DNA of 64,000 nt from an uncultured delta proteobacterium (GTDB lineage: Bacteria > Desulfobacterota > Binatia > UBA9968): contig CAWFJP010000012.1 in assembly GCA_963816145.1 (NCBI GenBank), positions 32,001 to 96,000 on the forward strand. The letters run 5' to 3'. This document shows positions 48,317 to 57,233 of the stretch, in pieces. A program made the translations under genes and the position numbers. Position 1 is the first letter of the stretch. Each line of letters opens with the position of its first letter. The notes under the pieces were generated by a model. It was not told where the DNA came from and searched no databases. It saw only the letters and a list, made by a program, of their open reading frames with translations.

Positions 48317-50596
48317 TCATCCTTTCTTTTCTTGCAGCGCGCGCCAGACTCTTTCAGGCGTGAGCGGTGCTTGGCGGATGCGCACACCGACGGCGCGGTC
48401 GACGGCGTTGGCGATATTGGCTGCCATGGAATTCAACGACGCTTCGCCGCCGCCTTTGGCGCCGTAGGGGCCGACACCATCTCGATTCTGCACCAGATGG
48501 AGTTCGACTTGCTTCGGCAAGTCGGAGAAGCGCGGCAAACGATAGTCGAGGATCGAGCCGTTCATCAACTGCGAGCCATCGTAAACCAACTCTTCGAACA
48601 GGCCGATGCCCATGCCCATAGTCGCGGCGCCGATGTCTTGGCCTTCGGCCAGGGCGGGATTGATCGCCAGGCCGACATCGCCGACGGTGGCGAGTTTTTC
48701 CATGGTGATCTTGCCGGTGTCTTCGTCGACGGAGATTTCCACGCCGGTGGCGGCGGCTTCCCAGAAGACCGGCAGGGCGGCGAACTTGCCGGATTTTCGA
48801 ATGTAAGACCGGCCGATCACTTCGCCATCGGGAAGGGCGTAAAATTTACTGATCACTTGCGACCAGTCGAGCTGCACTTCGCCGCAGCGAACGCCGCCGC
48901 GGACGGTTTCGATCTGTTCCTTTTTCACTTTGAGCACATCGGCGGCCATCACGACCATTTGCTGTATCGCCTCTTGGCAAGCTTCCTGTACCGCGCTGCC
49001 CATCAGCGTCGTCGTCCGGCTCGCGCCGGTGGAGCGGTCGTAAGGCGTGATCGCGGTGTCGGATGACACCACGTTTACTTTGTCATACGTGATGCCCAGC
49101 TCTTCGGCAGCGATTTGCGGCAGGACGGTATGACTCCCCTGACCCAACTCGGTGCTGCCGGTCATGATGGTTGCCGAGCCGTCGGCGTGGACGCGCACGG
49201 CGGTGGAGGTCAGCGGATAGGCACCGGCGTCGCTGCCGGAAATGGCGACGGTGCGGCCATGGCCTTTCGCCAGCGGCGTGCCCCAGCCGATCGCTTTTGC
49301 CACGGTGTCCAAGTCTTGTTTAAGCGTGCCATCGAAGGGGCGCATGCCGGGAAAAAATTCTTCACCGGGTTTGGCTGCGTTCTGCAAACGAAACTCGTAG
49401 GGATCTTTTCCGATCTTCGCCGCCAGCTCGTCGATCTGCGATTCACCCGGCAGCGTCACCTGGGCGCAGCCGAAGCCGCGATAGGAACTCGCCGGCACGG
49501 TGTTGGTGTAGAGCGACATATTCTCGATAAGCACGTTGGGTATGGCATAGGGGCCGACGCAGCGGTTGGTCGACTTTTCGACCACCAGCGGACTGTTTTC
49601 CGCGTAGGCGCCGGTGTTCATCATTATTTTCGCCTGGCGCGCGATGATCTTACCGTTCTTATCGACCGCGGTGCGCATCCAGGTGTAGGCGTCGTCGCTG
49701 CGCGTGGTCAGCATCGCTTCTTCGACTGTGAGCTGGAGTTTCACCGGCCGCTTGGCTTTCCACGAGCAAGCCGCCACCAGCGGCTCGACTTTTGTGTAAG
49801 ATTTGCTGCCGTAACCGCCGCCGACGAACGGGACGATCAGGCGGACTTTGCTCACCGGCAGATTGAAGATCGACTTCAAATCATGGCGCACCATGAACGG
49901 ATGCTGCGCCGAGGAGTAAACGTTAACGCCCTGGTCGCTAACGTCGGCGATGGCGACATAGGGTTCCATCGCGTAGGCGTAGGTCATGGGGAAGTAATAG
50001 TCGCCCTCGACCACCGTGGCCGCTTCTTTGAACGCTTTCTCGACATCACCCCACTGAATCTTGTGAGTCTGGCAGATGTTGCTGCCTTTGCCGGCGGTGA
50101 CATCGCCTTCGAAACCGCGCAGCGCACCGGCTTCGAATTTTCGCTCGTGCAGGAGCGGCGCGTCTTTGGCGAGCGCCTCCTGCGGTGTGAAGATGCCTTT
50201 GAGCTCCTCGTACTTGACGTCGATGAGTTCCAGGGCTTCGAAGGCGGTTCGTTCGTCGACAGCGACAACGGCGGCAACCGGTTCGCCGGCGTAGCGCACT
50301 TTGTCGATGGCCAACAGCGGATGGTCCTTGACGGCGTGGCCGAAGTAAGGATTCAAGCCGTCGAGATCGAAGCCGGTGACGACGCAATAGACGCCGGGAT
50401 GGGCTTCGGCTTTCGACTTATCGATGGCAATGATTTTCGCGTGGGCGAGCGGGCTGCGCAGCACTTTGGCGTAAGCCATGCCGATGAGCCGAAGATCGGC
50501 GACATACTGCGCTTTGCCGGTTACTTTGACCCGGCCATCGCGCCGCGGGATCGAATGATTGACGATTTGAAAATCGGTTTGCTTTTCCGCGCTCAC
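48317..50596 (-). CDS. Xanthine dehydrogenase family molybdopterin-binding large subunit
   Basis: KVTGKAQY, SAQHP, VGGGYGSK, YRGFG, ELGQG, AKGGGE (catalytic Glu). Confidence 0.92.
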   Translation of the reverse strand: MSAEKQTDFQIVNHSIPRRDGRVKVTGKAQYVADLRLIGMAYAKVLRSPLAHAKIIAIDKSKAEAHPGVYCVVTGFDLDGLNPYFGHAVKDHPLLAIDKVRYAGEPVAAVVAVDERTAFEALELIDVKYEELKGIFTPQEALAKDAPLLHERKFEAGALRGFEGDVTAGKGSNICQTHKIQWGDVEKAFKEAATVVEGDYYFPMTYAYAMEPYVAIADVSDQGVNVYSSAQHPFMVRHDLKSIFNLPVSKVRLIVPFVGGGYGSKSYTKVEPLVAACSWKAKRPVKLQLTVEEAMLTTRSDDAYTWMRTAVDKNGKIIARQAKIMMNTGAYAENSPLVVEKSTNRCVGPYAIPNVLIENMSLYTNTVPASSYRGFGCAQVTLPGESQIDELAAKIGKDPYEFRLQNAAKPGEEFFPGMRPFDGTLKQDLDTVAKAIGWGTPLAKGHGRTVAISGSDAGAYPLTSTAVRVHADGSATIMTGSTELGQGSHTVLPQIAAEELGITYDKVNVVSSDTAITPYDRSTGASRTTTLMGSAVQEACQEAIQQMVVMAADVLKVKKEQIETVRGGVRCGEVQLDWSQVISKFYALPDGEVIGRSYIRKSGKFAALPVFWEAAATGVEISVDEDTGKITMEKLATVGDVGLAINPALAEGQDIGAATMGMGIGLFEELVYDGSQLMNGSILDYRLPRFSDLPKQVELHLVQNRDGVGPYGAKGGGEASLNSMAANIANAVDRAVGVRIRQAPLTPERVWRALQEKKG

Positions 50597-51072
50597 TTTG
50601 TGCTCTCCTTGGACATCATGCCGGCGGCGCGTTGAATAGCGGCGACGATCGGCACATAGCCGGTACAGCGGCAGATGTTGCCGTCCATGTGATGGATGAT
50701 TTCCTCGCGACTGGGGTTGGGATTCTCATCCAACAATGCCTTGGCCGCCATGATCATTCCCGGCGTGCAGTAGCCGCACTGAAACGCGAACTCGTCGATG
50801 AAAGCCTGCTGGATCGGATGGAGCGTGCCATCGGCTTTTTCCAAGCCTTCGACGGTCAGGAGGTTTTTGCCGCGCGCCTCGTAGGCGAGGTAGGTGCAGG
50901 CGCTCACCGGCAGGTTGTCGACCAGCACGGTGCAGGCGCCGCAGACTTGGACTTCGCAAGACACTTTGGTGCCATTCAAGTTGAGCTGGTTACGCAGCAC
51001 TTCAGCTAGCGTGTCCGCCGGCTCGCACTCCACCGACCAGGGTTTGCCGTTTAAGTTGAATTGCAGATTCAT
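50593..51072 (-). CDS. Xanthine dehydrogenase family 2Fe-2S small subunit
   Basis: CEVQVCGACTV...SAC, QCGYCTPG, GNICRCTGY. Confidence 0.93.
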   Translation of the reverse strand: MNLQFNLNGKPWSVECEPADTLAEVLRNQLNLNGTKVSCEVQVCGACTVLVDNLPVSACTYLAYEARGKNLLTVEGLEKADGTLHPIQQAFIDEFAFQCGYCTPGMIMAAKALLDENPNPSREEIIHHMDGNICRCTGYVPIVAAIQRAAGMMSKESTK

Positions 51073-51162
51073 AGAAAACTACATTAGAGCAATGAAGCGA
51101 TGGAGTACTGGGTTTTTCCGAACCCAATACACCAGTGTTCCATTACTCCCGCGCTCCAATCT

Positions 51163-52185
51163 TTAGTTATATCTCGGCAGAATATTCTCCGCCCACAGTT
51201 CCATCTGCTGGGTCAAGCTATCGATGGTCGGATAGATGATCTTCAACTCGAAATGTTGCACGCCGTTTTCAATAAACTCATCGACGCGGCGGCGCACGTC
51301 GTCGACTGAGCCAAAAATATGGCGGTCGAGGGCGAACTGCATGCTGTCAATGTCGCGCTCGTAGCTTTCGCTGCTGGTTTTTAGCGTCGGCATCGCCAAG
51401 TTCAAGCCTTCTTCACGGGTTTTGGCGATGGTGGCTAACTTTTCGACGGCAATGGTGATCTTCTTCGGATCGCGGCCATTCTCTTGAGCCGTCTTGTTGA
51501 GAATATCGCAACCGACTTTCATTTCGTTCGGCGACAGCCAGCCGGGAATCCAGCCTTCGCCGTATTTACCGGCGCGTTTAGCAGCGAGTTTCATCCACCC
51601 GCCGACCCACACTGGCGGATGGGGTTTTTGAAATGGTTTGGGGAAAACTTCAGCGTTCTTAAACTCGATGAAATCGCCCTTGTAAGACGCCAGCGGCTGC
51701 GTCCAGATCGCTTTCATCGCTTGGATATATTCATCCGTGCGATCGCCGCGGCGGTCGTAGGGCACGCCAAAGACACCGAACTCGTCTGATTCACGCGTGG
51801 CTTTGGAACCCAAGCCGACGCCGATTAGCAAGCGGCCATTGGCAAGGATATCGAGGGTCGAATACTGTTTGGCGGCGTAGATCGGATTACGGCAAGGCAT
51901 GACCAAGCAGGCGACGCCGAGGACGATTTTTTTAGTTTCCGCGGCGAGGTACGACAAAATCGTCGTCGCTTCGAAGAAATTGGCATCCTGGGTATCGCTC
52001 AGCGCTTCGGCGGCGCCGGACGAAATATGGTGCCGGTGCATTTCCGAACTCCACACCACATGGTCATGCACCCAGACCGCGTCGAACCCCATGTCCTCGG
52101 CCGCCTTGGTCGCTTTAACGATGTTCTCGATACTCGACAGCGGTCCCGAATTTGGCACACGCACGCCAAAGGAAATTTTATTCAT
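51163..52185 (-). CDS. LLM-class flavin/F420-dependent oxidoreductase
   Basis: AEDMGFDAVWVHDH, LDILANGRL..GVG, PKPFQKPHPPVWVGG. AGGAG RBS. Confidence 0.88.
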   Translation of the reverse strand: MNKISFGVRVPNSGPLSSIENIVKATKAAEDMGFDAVWVHDHVVWSSEMHRHHISSGAAEALSDTQDANFFEATTILSYLAAETKKIVLGVACLVMPCRNPIYAAKQYSTLDILANGRLLIGVGLGSKATRESDEFGVFGVPYDRRGDRTDEYIQAMKAIWTQPLASYKGDFIEFKNAEVFPKPFQKPHPPVWVGGWMKLAAKRAGKYGEGWIPGWLSPNEMKVGCDILNKTAQENGRDPKKITIAVEKLATIAKTREEGLNLAMPTLKTSSESYERDIDSMQFALDRHIFGSVDDVRRRVDEFIENGVQHFELKIIYPTIDSLTQQMELWAENILPRYN

Positions 52186-52194
52186 ATTCAACTC

Positions 52195-53115
52195 CTACTT
52201 TGTCTCGGTGATTTCGACTTTGTGGTACTTCAGGTGGCGGTTGTACCAGTCGACCACATTGGTGGCGACATCGTCGAAATAGTCATTGTAAATGCCGTAG
52301 TGGGTGGTCTTCTTATAAAGCACCAGCTTCTTGGGCTCGCCCGCTGCTTCATAAAGATCGAAGGACTGTTTCTCGGGCGTTACGGCGTCGCCTTCGACCG
52401 TGATGAAAAGCACGCCGCGCGGCGAAATTTTGTGGACCACGTCGATGGGGCTGTATTCCAGGATTGCCTCGGCACAGGCTAGCGGCATAGCGTCGGGGAT
52501 TTTATCGGCAACGTCTTTTTTGATCGTGGTGGTCTGGCGCTCAGGGGTCTGCACCATGATGCCGCCTTCGCGGGCGCTGACGATGGCGCCCTTGCCGGTG
52601 GCGGCGCGTTGCTTGCGATCGGCGTCGATGGTTTTCAAGTAATCGACCCACTCGTACTCGCGGCGCATGGAATGGAGCCACTCGCGGCCGCTGCTGACGC
52701 CCAAATAGCTGACGCAGCATTTGACGCGCGCATCGATGGCGGCGACGTAGACGGCGTTGCCGCCGCCGGTGCCGCCGGAGCCGTAGGTGGCGAGCCGGTC
52801 GGGATCGATGTCCGGGCGGGTTTCCATGAAACTGAGCGCGCTGCGGATATCTTCCGCTTGCCATTTGGGCATGACCCAGCCGCGTTCGCTGCCCTCGCTA
52901 TCGCCCCAGCCGCGGTAATCGAAGCACAAACAGGCGTAACCGGCGGCGCAGAGCTTGTCGAACATCATGATGTAGTGCTTGGCATCTTTGAGGCCAAGAA
53001 AGCCCGGACCCTGAACGATGCCGGGGTAGGGCTTGCCCTGATTCGAGTCAGGCATATAGAGCACGCCGGCGAGCTTGATACCTTCGGAGTAAAAATTAAC
53101 CTTTTCAGTTCTCAT
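52195..53115 (-). CDS. Alpha/beta-hydrolase fold protein with atypical nucleophile elbow
   Basis: FDYRGWGDSEG, YGSGGTGGG elbow, EGDAVTP (Asp), TTHYG (His). Confidence 0.82.
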   Translation of the reverse strand: MRTEKVNFYSEGIKLAGVLYMPDSNQGKPYPGIVQGPGFLGLKDAKHYIMMFDKLCAAGYACLCFDYRGWGDSEGSERGWVMPKWQAEDIRSALSFMETRPDIDPDRLATYGSGGTGGGNAVYVAAIDARVKCCVSYLGVSSGREWLHSMRREYEWVDYLKTIDADRKQRAATGKGAIVSAREGGIMVQTPERQTTTIKKDVADKIPDAMPLACAEAILEYSPIDVVHKISPRGVLFITVEGDAVTPEKQSFDLYEAAGEPKKLVLYKKTTHYGIYNDYFDDVATNVVDWYNRHLKYHKVEITETK

Positions 53116-53137
53116 AAAGTCTCCGTTCAATCACTGC

Positions 53138-53229
53138 GTTCCGTTCCAACCGTTCCAACCGTTCCAACCGTATCGGAGGTTCCGATTCCGACGGTTTGAA
53201 TGACTTGAACTGTTTGAACAGTTGGAACA
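53138..53229. repeat. Inverted 9-nt periodic repeat (CGTTCCAAC)n
   Basis: CGTTCCAAC x3 ... GTTTGAATG ACTTGAACT GTTTGAACA GTTGGAAC. Relative at about 60316-60398. Confidence 0.78.
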
Positions 53230-53236
53230 ACGAGCG

Positions 53237-54232
53237 CTATGCGCGAACAGCGGGCAGCACTTCTTGGCCCAGGTAGTCGATCTGCTGGTACCAGTCGGCG
53301 TAACGGAAGCGCAGGTCGAACACGATGTGATTCAAGCCGGCTTCTTCGTAGCGCTTGGTATCGCGGGCGATGTCCGCCGGGGTGCCGGCCATCAGCAACC
53401 CTTCGATATCTTCGACTGTCGAGAAGGTGCCGGACTTCGGTTTTACCCAGGTCTTTTTGCTTGGCGCGTTGCCTTCGTTGATCAAGCCCTTGGTGTTGAC
53501 CTTGCTCAGCGCGACATCGCGGTTCTTGTCGATGCTGGTGATCGGAATCGCACCGGTGGTGACCATCGGCCGACTGTTGGCTTTGCACTGCTCTTCGAAA
53601 TACTTGACCATCTTATTGAACGTCGCCGTAGGAATGCGTCCCGGCATCCAACCGTCGCAATATTCCGCTGCCCGGCGGCAAGACGCCGGCGTGCCGCCGC
53701 CGTACCAGATTGGGATCGGTTTTTTCGGCGTCGGTTTGAGCTCGACGTCTTTGAAATCGTAATAATCGTCGGTGTAGCTGATCTTTTCGCCGGCCCAGAA
53801 GCGGCGGCAGAGCTGGGCATTGATCTTCGCCATGTTGGCGCGGTCTTGGAGAGTTACTTTTTTGTAACCGGCGGCTTCGAATTCATGGGGGAAAGTGCCC
53901 AGTCCCAAGCCCATAATGATGTTCTCGCACATGGTGCTCAGGCCGGCCATGGACTGCGCCAGGTGAATCGGATGGCGATGGGAGATAACGGTGCCGGTGC
54001 CGAGAGTGAGTTTTTTGCAGACCGAGGATATCGCCGCAAGAACCAGCAAGCCCTCGATATGGGTATTGTCTTCGCCTTCCATGCCATGGGGTTCGAAAAC
54101 CAAGTGATCTCTGACCCAAACCGAGTCAAATCCGTAGGCCTCGGCCTTTTTCGACCCCTCGATGCACAGTTCGGTGGAACCATATTCGCAAAAATGCGGC
54201 AGCAATAAACCAAATTTCAGCTTTGTCGCCAT
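53237..54232 (-). CDS. LLM-class flavin/F420-dependent oxidoreductase
   Basis: AEAYGFDSVWVRDH, PIPIWYGG, RRAAEYCDGWMP. AAGGAG RBS. Confidence 0.88.
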   Translation of the reverse strand: MATKLKFGLLLPHFCEYGSTELCIEGSKKAEAYGFDSVWVRDHLVFEPHGMEGEDNTHIEGLLVLAAISSVCKKLTLGTGTVISHRHPIHLAQSMAGLSTMCENIIMGLGLGTFPHEFEAAGYKKVTLQDRANMAKINAQLCRRFWAGEKISYTDDYYDFKDVELKPTPKKPIPIWYGGGTPASCRRAAEYCDGWMPGRIPTATFNKMVKYFEEQCKANSRPMVTTGAIPITSIDKNRDVALSKVNTKGLINEGNAPSKKTWVKPKSGTFSTVEDIEGLLMAGTPADIARDTKRYEEAGLNHIVFDLRFRYADWYQQIDYLGQEVLPAVRA

Positions 54233-54398
54233 TCGTCCATCTCCTTGTGATTAATAATGATTTAGTTTTGAAGCAAAATTCTTATCACATTTTTCTTGGC
54301 AAAGTCCATGAGTGTAGCTGCAATGGAGCCCGCTTCGATTTGACGGGGGATTGCCTCAACGCCGCCGATTCCAGCGGCTTCGACAACCCGAGTGAGAC

Positions 54399-55395
54399 TT
54401 AACCTTTGGCCAATGCCTTGATGAAACCGCTTTGCTCGATCTCGCGAATCAGATCGGTGCGGATGAAGCTGTCGTAGTCGGTGGTGCGCGCCTTGGGGTC
54501 TTTGATCTGGTCGAGGACGGTTTTGACTTCTTCCCCCGACGGTGTCGGCACCAGACGGAAATAGCGCTGGGTAAACAGCTCGTAGGTTTCGTCGAGTACG
54601 GCTGGCTCGTCCATCTTGGTATATTTTTTCAGCACACGGATGGTGAAGTCTTTGTTGCGCATCAAGCTATGGGTCGACTCGATGATCGCTTTGAGGAAAT
54701 TGATGACGATGGGGCGATGGGTTTTGATGTACGCTTCGGTGGCCATGTAGGAGAGGCCGGGATATTGAATCCCGAGATTGCCCAAATCCATCAATTCTTT
54801 GAAGCCCAAGTGCTTGGCTTTGGTCAGCGCCGGCGAGGACAAGCGCGCCACCATGGATGGCGCCGCTCTGCATGGCGGCCAAGATTTCCGGCAGGCCGCC
54901 CAATTGCAGGATGGTGACATCTTTTTCCGGCTCTAGATTAATCTTCTGCAAATATTTGCGCACGCCGAAATCGCTGAGCGCGCCGAAGCGGGTGACGCCG
55001 AGCTTTTTACCTTTCAACTCCAGCGGCGAGCGCAGGTCGGGATGGACCATCAAGCTTTGCGGCGTAGTATTGAGCAGCGTGGCGAACATGACGGTATCGG
55101 CGCCGCCAACCTTCGCCAAGATACTACCGGTGCCGGCGCCTTGTGTGATTTGAGTTTCGTTGGCGATGGTCGTCGACATGGCGCGCGGCCCGCCGCCGAT
55201 GTAGATCAATCCGACATCGAGGCCATGTTTATTGAAGATGCCAGCGTCCACGGCGACCCAGGTCGACAACGACGCCGCGCCGATGGAGGAATAGCTAACG
55301 CGAATGCGCGTGAGATCTTTGCTCTGGGCAGAGCCGAGGATAGTGTTAGACAGGAGGTAAAGCGCGACCGCGAAGAAACCTAAGGTTTGGCTCAT
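54399..55395 (-). CDS. ABC transporter substrate-binding protein, NMT1/SsuA-like, frameshift near 54843
   Basis: GIFNKHGLDV, LKGKKLGVTRFG and AMQSGAIHGG, continuing as LSSP...EQSGFIKAL after removing one base. Confidence 0.85.
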
Positions 55396-55469
55396 GGCAA
55401 TTCCTCCACTGGGTTTCGTATATCACCCATGCCTGCCACCAAGCAAAGCCCATTTCATTACAGGATTTG

Positions 55470-55884
55470 GCACATCTCACGCGAAGGCCAAGAACGCCAA
55501 ATCCGTAATTCTTGTCATTTCGACCAAAGGGAGAAATCTGTCGCTGGATCCGTCCGTTGCGTTCGCGATGACGGGCGTCGGTCTGCCACCTTTGCGCCTT
55601 CGTGCCTGCGCGAGAGACGATCCGTTTCCGAACGGTGCGCGCAGCACACCCAACGGAATCCCTCGTGTGTTTCGTGCCTCCATGGAAATTACATATGGCG
55701 GATATTCTGCGAAACGAAGAAATCTTCTTGGTCCGTCATACCGGCGAAAGCCGGTATCCATCCCCACCCTCCCCTGGATGCCGGCCTCCGCCGGCATGAC
55801 GACGCGATAAAAGGGCCCGTGGAGGGGGCGGCGGAATTTCATACTGTGCAGACGACCGTAAGCTCATGAACACTTCGTGGTGAG
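55470..55884. repeat. Nested repeat cluster (CGCGAAG-type arms, GTCATTTCGA...GATGAC hairpin, GTAG-like REP, 190-bp element, CTTCGTGGTGA arm)
   Basis: At least four repeat families seen elsewhere in the window lie adjacent or interleaved. Core GTCAT...ATGAC at 55735-55800. Confidence 0.75.
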
Positions 55885-55900
55885 AACTCAGTTCCCAGCA

Positions 55901-55930
55901 TTGACACAACTTGACTGTGGGAAGTAAGTT
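55901..55930 (+). promoter_or_regulatory. Putative sigma70 promoter of the bicupin gene
   Basis: TTGACA, 18-bp spacer, TAAGTT. GGAGG RBS before 55955. Confidence 0.55.
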
Positions 55931-55954
55931 CGCCCAGAATCATGGAGGTAGTTT

Positions 55955-57007
55955 ATGGCCGGGCCGCAGAAAGAGTTTGAAGTCCATCCCTATGTCCAGT
56001 TCATGACGGACAAATACAGTCCATACAAAAATTGGATCAAATCCGAGGGGGTGCCGATCATCACCGGTGAATTCGTCCAGGACGTGCGCACCGAACCGCT
56101 GGGCTATTGGCAGCGCAAGGATTGCAAAGGCGCGATCTGCACGTTCTCCGATCAGATGGTGGCGGACGGTTATATTTGCGAGATCGATCCGGGAAAAAAT
56201 TCTAAACCGCAGCGCCAGCTCTACGAGGAGATCATCACCGTCGCCGCCGGGCGCGGCGCGACCTCGGTGTGGTATGACGGCACGGCCAAGCGCACCTTTG
56301 AATGGGAGCGCGGCAGCACCTTCGCGATACCGTTAAATTCTTGGCACCAGCATTTCAACGCCAGCGGCACCGAGCCCTGCCGTTACTTCGCCCTGACCAG
56401 CCAGCCGGTGGCGTTCGAGCTCTACCGCGACCCGGAGTTTATCTACAACACCATTTACCAGTTCAAAGACCGCTTCGATCCCGGCGATGCCGAGTTTTTT
56501 TCCAAAGAGGGGAAATACTTCACCGAATATTACGGCGGCATCTTGCATTCCAACTTCATCCCCGACATACGCAAAATTAATCTGGTCGCGCGCGAAAAGC
56601 GCGGCAAAGGCACGCGCAACATGTACATCCACATGTCAGGGGGCTCCATGCTCGCCCATGTATCGGAATTTCCCGTCGGCCGTTACAAGAAGGCGCACCG
56701 CCATGGCCCCGGCGCCCATGTGTTTCTGCTCGACTCCACCGGCTACACGCTGATGTGGCAGGAGGGCGAAAAGCCGCAGCGCTACGATTGGCATGAAGGC
56801 ACGGTGATCTCGCCGCCGGCGGGCTCCTGGCATCAACACTACAACACTGGCAATCAGCCCTGTAAGTTCGTCGCGCTGCATGCCAATACCGCGGTTCAGG
56901 GCGAAGAGCGCGGCGTCGAACAGATCGAGTTCGAGGAAGGCGACGAGTGGATGCGCCAAATGTTCGCCGACGAGTGCGCTAAGAATGGCGTCAAGGTGGA
57001 TATGTAG
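55955..57007 (+). CDS. Bicupin protein (gentisate-1,2-dioxygenase-like fold)
   Basis: Two cupin modules: QRQLYEE...PLNSWHQHFN and KAHRHGPGAH...PPAGSWHQHYN. Confidence 0.8.
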   Translation: MAGPQKEFEVHPYVQFMTDKYSPYKNWIKSEGVPIITGEFVQDVRTEPLGYWQRKDCKGAICTFSDQMVADGYICEIDPGKNSKPQRQLYEEIITVAAGRGATSVWYDGTAKRTFEWERGSTFAIPLNSWHQHFNASGTEPCRYFALTSQPVAFELYRDPEFIYNTIYQFKDRFDPGDAEFFSKEGKYFTEYYGGILHSNFIPDIRKINLVAREKRGKGTRNMYIHMSGGSMLAHVSEFPVGRYKKAHRHGPGAHVFLLDSTGYTLMWQEGEKPQRYDWHEGTVISPPAGSWHQHYNTGNQPCKFVALHANTAVQGEERGVEQIEFEEGDEWMRQMFADECAKNGVKVDM

Positions 57008-57233
57008 GGCGCACGGAGTGCGGCCAATGGATAATGGATAATGAATAATTGAGAATGGAAAATTACCGAAGATAGCCGCGCGCGAGGGAAGACAATTGTA
57101 TGATATCCAGCGAGAGACTGCAGGCCAACAGTCGACGACGGCAAAGGATTTCTTAAATACCAAAAACTGTGGCGGGAGATTTTTCAGATCCGGTAAATGG
57201 CGGCCGCTGGTTCAACGCCAATTTTCGGACCAG

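Noticed and set aside
49115-50635. Long antisense ORFs (for example 49115-50635, 5001-5921, 17379-18347, 22240-23142, 53222-54208)
   Set aside because: Shadow ORFs opposite well-supported genes, expected in high-GC DNA, with no recognisable motifs.
47383-51072. Aerobic CO dehydrogenase (coxMSL)
   Set aside because: The large-subunit loop is SYRGFG rather than AYxCSFR, the gene order differs, and no cox accessory genes are present.
55387-55869. ORFs spanning the repeat clusters (also 44126-44508, 46144-46541, 27089-27310, 63144-63377)
   Set aside because: These are translations of palindromic repeats (for example VMPAKAGIH, LDAGLRRHD) and are not credible proteins.
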